A stretch of 64,000 nt of DNA, taken from positions 118-64,117 of the forward strand of contig JAFGRT010000022.1 in assembly GCA_016935015.1 (NCBI GenBank), in the 5' to 3' direction. The translations under genes and the position numbers were made by a program. Under the pieces are notes generated by a model, which made no database searches, was not told the origin of the DNA, and saw only the letters and a list, made by a program, of their open reading frames with translations. Origin of the DNA: Acidobacteriota bacterium. Lineage in GTDB: Bacteria; Acidobacteriota; JAAYUB01. Below are positions 55,438 through 64,000 of the stretch, in pieces (the first letter of the stretch is position 1; every line of letters begins with the position of its first letter).

Positions 55438-57042
55438 TCAAATTGACAGTTTCTTGACCTGCCAGCGGTCGAGAACGGACTCGAAAATCGCCCGGGACAC
55501 AAAGATGGCGGCGAACAGGTTGGCCAGCAGTCCGGCCGTCAGGGTCACGGCGAAGCCGCGGATGGGCCCGGTACCGAACTGGTAGAGGAAGGCGGCGGCG
55601 ATCAGGGTGGTGACGTTGGCGTCCAGAATGGTCAGGGCCGCCTTGGAAAAGCCGGCTTCCACGGCCGTGCGCACAGCCTTGCCCAGCAAGAGTTCCTCGC
55701 GGATGCGCTCGAAGATCAGCACATTGGAGTCGACGGCCATACCGATGGTCAGGATGATGCCGGCGATGCCGGGCAGGGTCAGGACACCCTGGAGATAGCC
55801 CAGTGCGCCCATCAGAATGGTCATGTTGATGATCAGGCAGATGATGGCGTTCAAGCCGGACAACCGGTAATAGACGACGATGATCAGGATCACCAGCACC
55901 AGGCCCAACAGCATGGCGTTGATGCCGGCCTTGATGGATTCCAATCCCAAGGAAGGACCGACGGTGCGCTCCTCCAGGATGAGGATGTCCGCCGGCAAGG
56001 CGCCGGACCGCAGGGACAGGGCCAGGATTTCCGCTTCCCGCGGACTGCCCAACCCGGTGATGATGCCGGAATCGGAGATCTTGCCCTCGATGACGGGATC
56101 GGAGATGGCCTTGCCGTCAAGAATGATGGCCAGGCTCTTGCCGATGTTTTCGGCTGTGGCCTGTTCGAAACGCTGGGCGCCCTCGGAATTGAGGGTAAAG
56201 CTCACCGCCGGTCGACTCAGGCCCATCTGGGAGTCCTGGGAAGGACGGGCGCCGGTCATATGCTTGCCGGTGATCACCGGGGCCGACTTGACCAGCAGGT
56301 ACGTCTCGCCCTCGATTCGGGATTCTTGTCCCGAATGACCGGTGTACTGAATCAGCTCATACCCTTCGGGCAACTGCCCGCCGAAGGATTCTAGAATGGA
56401 CTGGCGGGGGACATAGCGGGGCGCCGTGGGGTGCACCAGCTGCAGTTGCAGCGACGCCGTCTTCTTCAATAGTTCCTTGACTTCCTCGGGATCTTCCACA
56501 CCGGGGAGTTCCACGATGATTTGTTTCTCAACGGAGCCTTCCCCGCCGCCGAAAAGCTGGATATTGGGCTCGGACACGCCATAGGCGTCGATGCGGCGGG
56601 TCAGGGTTTCCCTGGACTGCTGCACCGTGCTGCGCTCCAGCTCATGGACATACTGCGTCTGCATTTCCAGCAGCAGCGTCGGTCGTCCCTGCTCGTAACG
56701 GGAATCCAGCTGATACGCACGTCCGTAATAATCTTCGAGAGTTTGGCGGGCCTCCTCGAAATTGTTTTCGGGCAGCCCTTCGATGAGAATTCGCTGGGCC
56801 TCGGTCCGCACCGTGTCAAAGGGAATCTTCTTGTCTTCGCGCAGCAGGCGGCGGATGTTGTCGGCCGCTTGTTCCAGTTCGCCCTGGATGACTCGTTCCG
56901 TCTGCACTTCAAGGACCAGATGCATGCCGCCCTTGAGGTCGAGACCGAGATTTATTTTCTCCGAGGGTGGATAAAACGCCCAAACGCTGGCCGCAATCAC
57001 GACAAGTGCGATGATGAGTTTGGTCCTTACGTTTTTAATCAT
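55438..57042 (-). CDS. secD: Protein translocase subunit SecD
   Basis: 534 aa. LGLDLKGG and GMAVDSNVLIFERIREE motifs. Confidence 0.93.
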   Translation of the reverse strand: MIKNVRTKLIIALVVIAASVWAFYPPSEKINLGLDLKGGMHLVLEVQTERVIQGELEQAADNIRRLLREDKKIPFDTVRTEAQRILIEGLPENNFEEARQTLEDYYGRAYQLDSRYEQGRPTLLLEMQTQYVHELERSTVQQSRETLTRRIDAYGVSEPNIQLFGGGEGSVEKQIIVELPGVEDPEEVKELLKKTASLQLQLVHPTAPRYVPRQSILESFGGQLPEGYELIQYTGHSGQESRIEGETYLLVKSAPVITGKHMTGARPSQDSQMGLSRPAVSFTLNSEGAQRFEQATAENIGKSLAIILDGKAISDPVIEGKISDSGIITGLGSPREAEILALSLRSGALPADILILEERTVGPSLGLESIKAGINAMLLGLVLVILIIVVYYRLSGLNAIICLIINMTILMGALGYLQGVLTLPGIAGIILTIGMAVDSNVLIFERIREELLLGKAVRTAVEAGFSKAALTILDANVTTLIAAAFLYQFGTGPIRGFAVTLTAGLLANLFAAIFVSRAIFESVLDRWQVKKLSI

Positions 57043-57170
57043 TCTGTCGATCCTTCGGTTTTGATTTTGATGGCATCCGGCCGCGCCGTACGTGCGGGGT
57101 CATGGTCGACCCGATCTGTTTCATGATTACTTAATGCAAAGACTGTCGCGCAAAGGCAACGGGAGACAGA

Positions 57171-57482
57171 TTATTTCGTTTCCTCCGGCGGGGATGACTG
57201 AAGTCCGGCGACGGCTGTTTTGGCCACTTCGATCTTGACGTTGTCGGCGATTTTCAGAATGAGCGTCTTTTCCCGCAACCCGGAGACGGTGCCATAGATA
57301 CCACCCGAAGTGATGACCCTGTCACCGTTCTTCAGGTCAGAAATCATTTGTTCCGTTTGTTTTTGGCGCTTGCGCATGGGCCGAATCAGGAGGAAGTAGA
57401 AGATCAGGGCGATGATGACCATGGGCATGAGCATCATCAGGGGACTTTGCTCGGGTGCTCCCGCGGTAAGGAAGTAAAACAT
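57171..57482 (-). CDS. yajC: Preprotein translocase subunit YajC
   Basis: IFYFLLIRPMRKRQK and GDRVITSGGIYGTV motifs. Start at ATG 57482 or 57500. Confidence 0.88.
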   Translation of the reverse strand: MFYFLTAGAPEQSPLMMLMPMVIIALIFYFLLIRPMRKRQKQTEQMISDLKNGDRVITSGGIYGTVSGLREKTLILKIADNVKIEVAKTAVAGLQSSPPEETK

Positions 57483-57559
57483 TGTGCAGAGACCTTTCAT
57501 TTATATACTCTTGATATGGCGAAGTGACAGGGAAATTCAAATATGTTACAGCCTACCGT

Positions 57560-60185
<2,626 letters not shown>

Positions 60186-60186
<1 letters not shown>

Positions 60187-60677
60187 CAGTACTCCACGAA
60201 CTTGTCGGCCGGCACACCGCACACGGGGCACCGGTCGGGCAGGGTGCTGTCCTCCACGTAGCCACAAATGCGGCATACATGATAACGCGTCTCCCGCTCT
60301 GCCAGGAGATGCCCCATGGCCGCCTTGTACAGGCGGGCGTGCCCGGCCTCCACATCGCGGCTGTGGGTGAAAATGCGCACGGCGATGTCGTCGCCGGTCT
60401 CGTGAGCCAGTTTGATGAAATCCTCGTAGGCGACGCCGGCCACCCGGGTCTCCGACTCGAAGCTGGCCTGCAGGTTCTCCTCGGTGGAAGGCGGCTTCTG
60501 CAAGAGCCGGAGCATGCGGCCGCCGTGGATCTCCTCGGACAGGGCGATGACCCGGAACAGCCGGGCGATCTGCGGGTAGCCTTCCTTGTCCGCCACCTCG
60601 GCGAAGACCTTCAACCGCAGGGCGGCCTTGGCCTCGCCCACGTATGCCTGGTAGTACGCATCTCGCAACGTATCCAT
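60186..60677 (-). CDS. rbr: Rubrerythrin
   Basis: Ferritin-like diiron helices (EAKAAL..., SEEIHGG, ETRVAGV...) plus a C-terminal rubredoxin-type CRICGY...CPVCG. AAGGAG Shine-Dalgarno sequence upstream. Confidence 0.9.
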
Positions 60678-60755
60678 AGTCCTGTCTCCTTTTCTGGGCT
60701 GACCGGCAACGTCTCCGGCGCCGGCGTTTGCTCACAGTGGCGTCGCCGCCGGGTG

Positions 60756-61529
60756 TCACGGCTCCTTGTGCAGGCAGTACGCGTTGCGCTGGGCGGTGGG
60801 CAGGATCATCAGCTCCCGGACATTCACATGCTCCGGCGCGTTGACGATGTAGCTCACGGCGTCGGCGATGTCCTGGGGCCGCAGCGGCGTATAGCCTTGA
60901 TAGACCTGCCGGGCGCGTGCCGTGTCACCGTCGAAACGCACCTCCGAAAATTCCGTCTCCACCAGGCCGGGGTTGACGCTGGACACCCGCACCCGTGTGC
61001 CCAGCAAATCGAGGCTCATAGCTTCGGTCAGGGCGCGCACCGCGAACTTCGAGGCGTTGTAAACGTTGCCGCCCGGATAGGCCTGATAGCCGGCGATGCT
61101 GCCGATGTTCACAATGTGCCCGGAATTCCGTTCGACCATGCCCGGGATGAAGGCCCGGGACATGTAAAGAAGTCCCTTGACATTGGTGTCTAGCATGCGG
61201 TCCCAGTTCTCAAGATCGCCCTCGTGCAGCTTGTCCAGACCGGCGGCCAAACCGGCGTTGTTGAGCAGGACGTCGGGTTCAACGGACCGGGCGGCCAGTT
61301 CCTCGGCCAGGTGGGCCACCTCCCATCGCTCCCGGACATCCAGACGAAAAACCAGGACCGTGGACGACGCGGTTGTCGTCAGCTCGTCATGCAGGGTTTC
61401 CAGACGCTCCAGGCGTCGCGCCGTCAGGATCAGATTCGCCCCGTCGGCGGCGAGCCGGCGGGCGCAGGCTGCGCCGATACCGGCACTGGCCCCGGTGATC
61501 AACGCCCACTTGCCTTGAATTCGCGACAT
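60756..61529 (-). CDS. SDR-family NADP-dependent oxidoreductase (YdfG-like)
   Basis: ALITGASAGIG, NNAG and YNASKFAV (YxxxK) motifs. Confidence 0.88.
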   Translation of the reverse strand: MSRIQGKWALITGASAGIGAACARRLAADGANLILTARRLERLETLHDELTTTASSTVLVFRLDVRERWEVAHLAEELAARSVEPDVLLNNAGLAAGLDKLHEGDLENWDRMLDTNVKGLLYMSRAFIPGMVERNSGHIVNIGSIAGYQAYPGGNVYNASKFAVRALTEAMSLDLLGTRVRVSSVNPGLVETEFSEVRFDGDTARARQVYQGYTPLRPQDIADAVSYIVNAPEHVNVRELMILPTAQRNAYCLHKEP

Positions 61530-61913
61530 GATGTCTCCTTCCGGTTTCGATAAAACATGAGCATTTCCGGTTCAATCCGCTGCCCGGAGTTTCCGGTGAC
61601 GGCCGACCCGCGGCAGTGCGGCCCTGATTGTAGCAGAATCGGGGGCAATTTGCGACCCGTGGAAAGCCCGGCATGTGAAAAGGATCGAAACGGCGAAAAA
61701 TTCCGGTGAGGGAATGTCTGGTTTGGTGTATCATAAGAGCAGCCGGTCCACAGCACGCCTGGATCACCTGGCCCCCGCCACCGCGCCAGCCGTGTCGGTG
61801 TATCCTTTGGACGGAAGCCAGGAATCATCGGCAGGGTGCCGCGGGAGTGGGCCGTCTGTGTCAGCCGTCTTCAACCGGCCAAAGCCGTCAATCCAGGAAA
61901 ACGGGTCTACGGC

Positions 61914-62285
61914 ATGAGCAACCATCCGCCAGAAGAAAACCGGCCCCCCATCGATCACTCGACAGCGTTAGGCCACCTCGAAGGCGACCGGGAATTGCTC
62001 CGTGAAATACATGCGGTTTTTCTGGAAGAAGCCCCCCGCCAATTCCGGCAGCTGCAGGCCGCCCTGGCCAACGAGGACCGGGAGCGTAGCGCCCGCCACG
62101 CCCACACTCTCAAAGGGATGGCCGGCCAAATCGGCGCCTTCCTGCTGGAGAAGGCTTGTCGACATCTGGAGGCGACCCTTCTTAATGAAACCGGCGATCC
62201 CGATCCCGAATCCATCCGTCAGCTGGCCCGCCTACTGGAGCAGGTTCTGGCCGAGTTAACCTCATCCGAAAACGCCCCTTTATAA
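61914..62285 (+). CDS. Stand-alone histidine phosphotransfer (Hpt) domain protein
   Basis: HAHTLKGMAGQIGA phosphohistidine motif. Start set at ATG 61914 (about 123 aa), but this is uncertain. Confidence 0.75.
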   Translation: MSNHPPEENRPPIDHSTALGHLEGDRELLREIHAVFLEEAPRQFRQLQAALANEDRERSARHAHTLKGMAGQIGAFLLEKACRHLEATLLNETGDPDPESIRQLARLLEQVLAELTSSENAPL

Positions 62286-62356
62286 CGCTATCCGGTTGGA
62301 TGACTGCTGAATCCGGTGTCCGTGCCGAAGCATCCATTCCGACGGAGGAGCTCCGG

Positions 62357-62806
62357 ATGAACCGGAAATCTACATCACAGAAAAAACGAAGCTGGGCCTG
62401 GCTGGCACTGGTCGTTGTTGTTTTTTTCAGCGTGAGCAGTACCCGCCACTTTGCCATATGCGGATTACTCCACCCGGGACTCTCAACCACTGCCACCGCG
62501 GTCTGCTGTCAAACCGAATCTTCTCTCCACCGGCCGACATGCCACCCGGCACCCGAAGAGCCCACGTCGGACGACGCAGACACGCCGCCGATGCCTTGCC
62601 AGTGCCAGATGGAAGCGCCACCGTTGCACACCACCAAAACGACAATGGTCTTTGGGTCGGGAGATGATCCGCTGATCTCGACCACCACCGATGGATTCCC
62701 GGCCCAACAGCTCCTCTCCGTCGGGCATCAGACGATGCATGTTCCTCTTTGTCCATTACCCCATCCCCTGAACAGTTTCCTTCGCTCCGTCATTCTGCTG
62801 ATTTAA
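62357..62806 (+). CDS. Small Cys/His/Met-rich membrane-anchored protein upstream of czcC-like gene
   Basis: ATG 62357 lies 6 nt after GGAGGAG. N-terminal TM segment (WAWLALVVVVFFSV), then 7 Cys and multiple His/Met (CC, TCHP, PCQCQM, HVPLCPLPHP). Confidence 0.6.
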   Translation: MNRKSTSQKKRSWAWLALVVVVFFSVSSTRHFAICGLLHPGLSTTATAVCCQTESSLHRPTCHPAPEEPTSDDADTPPMPCQCQMEAPPLHTTKTTMVFGSGDDPLISTTTDGFPAQQLLSVGHQTMHVPLCPLPHPLNSFLRSVILLI

Positions 62807-62926
62807 ACCCCTTCCATTCCGCTGCCATTGCCGGGTGAACGCTAATCGTTCCGACAGGATCGTCCGCTACACCCGCCGACAGCTTTACAGCTGCGATTGA
62901 CATTGTGAAAACAACCGGAGGATACC

Positions 62927-64000
62927 ATGAAACACCGTCCCGGCGCCTTCAGCCGCGAGTGGTTGTGGGTTCATCTGATCCGATTTAGCCTTTTGATTTT
63001 TGGAGCCGTTGGGTCCTTCACACCGGCCGCAACTCCGACCGTCCCGCCGCAGACGACGGACCTCATCGGACCTTCCTCCACCCTCGCCGATCTGCTGGCG
63101 CATGCCGCCGTGCGAAACGCCGAAATCCGTGCGGTCATGGCGGAGATCGAAGCCCTGCGGGCGCGGGTCCCCCAGGCCGAGGCCCTGCCCGATCCTATGC
63201 TGACCTACGCCTATTTCCCCCGCAGCGTGGAAACCCGGGTCGGGCCGCAGCGGCAGCGCCTGGCCGTATCCCAGAAGTTTTTCTGGCCTGGCAAGCGCGA
63301 CCTGCGGGCCGCCGCCGCCCGCGAGGACGTGCGCGCGGCGAAGGAACGGCTGAACGGTGTCCGGACCGCTCTCGCCTTCCGCATCAAGCAGGCCTGGTAC
63401 GAGTACGCCTACCTGAACCGAGCCCTGGCCGTTACCCGCGACAACATCCAGCTGGTAACCCGCCTGGAAGCGACCGCCCGCAGCCGCTACAGCGCCGGCC
63501 AGGCCACCTACGCCGACATCCTCAAGGCCCAGGTGACGCTGGCCCGGCTGGAGGACCAGTGGCTGACGCTGACCGACATGGCCGCCCCACTGCGCGCCCG
63601 GCTCAACACCGAGCTGAACCGGCCTGTGACCGCGCCGCTGCCTGTGCCGCAGGCGATCGACGCCCCGGACGTGTCCCTGAATGCCGAGGATCTGCTGACC
63701 CGACTCCATGGCCGGAACCCGGAGTTGCGGGAGATCCGCCGCCACCAGGCCGGGCAGGAATTTAACCGCGAGCTGGCCCGCCGCGAGAACCGGCCCGATT
63801 TCACCATCGGCGTGGACTACCTGGACATGGGTGGCGCGCGCATGGACGGCGTACCCGACAGCGGCAAGAACGCGCTGGGCGTTTCCGTGTCCCTCAATAT
63901 CCCCCTCTGGCGCGATAAATACGACGCCGCCCGCGAGGAAGCCACCCGCCGGACACTCCAGCTCCGGGAGCGGGAGACCGGGCAGGCCAACCGCCTGACG
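62927..64000 (+). CDS. TolC-family outer membrane efflux protein (CzcC/CusC-like), 3' end beyond window
   Basis: My own translation from ATG 62927 (GGAGGA upstream) stays open to the window end: MKHRPG...LADLLAHAAVRNAEIRAVMAEIEALRARVPQAEALPDPML...RVGPQRQRLAVSQKFFWPGKR. This is the typical heavy-metal OMF N-terminal pattern. It is absent from the ORF track because no stop codon is reached. Confidence 0.8.
   Translation, partial: MKHRPGAFSREWLWVHLIRFSLLIFGAVGSFTPAATPTVPPQTTDLIGPSSTLADLLAHAAVRNAEIRAVMAEIEALRARVPQAEALPDPMLTYAYFPRSVETRVGPQRQRLAVSQKFFWPGKRDLRAAAAREDVRAAKERLNGVRTALAFRIKQAWYEYAYLNRALAVTRDNIQLVTRLEATARSRYSAGQATYADILKAQVTLARLEDQWLTLTDMAAPLRARLNTELNRPVTAPLPVPQAIDAPDVSLNAEDLLTRLHGRNPELREIRRHQAGQEFNRELARRENRPDFTIGVDYLDMGGARMDGVPDSGKNALGVSVSLNIPLWRDKYDAAREEATRRTLQLRERETGQANRLT

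Noticed and set aside
60187-60759. N-terminal 190 aa of the 684-aa ORF 58705-60759
   Set aside because: This part is Arg/Gly/Pro-rich and overlaps rubrerythrin in another frame. The TPR protein more plausibly starts at ATG 60186, which abuts the rubrerythrin stop.
61530-61913. 384-nt intergenic region between the SDR gene and the Hpt gene, including the 80-aa ORF 61675-61917
   Set aside because: The ORF has no ribosome-binding site and odd composition. I could not recognise a riboswitch or sRNA fold by eye. The region is left uncalled; a covariance-model scan would be the proper test.
62885-63745. 286-aa minus-strand ORF
   Set aside because: It is antisense to the open-ended czcC-like reading frame, which has a strong Shine-Dalgarno sequence and a TolC-family sequence pattern.

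Overview
High-GC (roughly 60-67% by hand count) chromosome segment from a diderm bacterium: it carries bamA, skp, fabZ, lpxA, kdsB, lolCD, tonB-exbBD and a TolC-family gene. I cannot place the lineage from sequence alone. Most of the window is conserved housekeeping: thiE; gap-pgk-tpiA-secG-tRNA-Leu(GAG); a large propeller-type hybrid histidine kinase; an SLC13 permease and ppk1; bamA-skp-fabZ-lpxA; clpC; lysS-lolC/E-lolD; ribH-nusB; icd; kdsB; lepB; ftsK-apbE; tgt-yajC-secD-secF followed by tonB-exbB-exbD-exbD; a rubrerythrin; and the start of a czcC-like efflux operon. Three parts stand out. (1) The left 8.7 kb is a much lower-GC, tightly packed glycan-biosynthesis island with three GT-B glycosyltransferases, a B12-type radical SAM enzyme, a GT2 and two tyvelose-epimerase-like SDRs. 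Its composition boundary falls inside the last codons of thiE. (2) A five-gene operon at 42.6-46.3 kb links a LolB-like lipoprotein, a type VII (FtsX/MacB-type) ABC transporter, a 67-aa membrane protein and a LolA-family carrier. It exists in addition to a conventional lolC/E-lolD pair and is my best candidate for an undescribed system. (3) The isocitrate dehydrogenase carries an in-frame CxxC-x9-CxxC insertion on its substrate/phosphorylation loop. I saw no CRISPR array, rRNA, transposase or integrase. Several ORF-track starts were shortened using Shine-Dalgarno spacing and homologue N-termini. Many long ORFs antisense to recognised genes are treated as high-GC artefacts. All homology statements come from motif recognition and recalled reference sequences, not from database searches.
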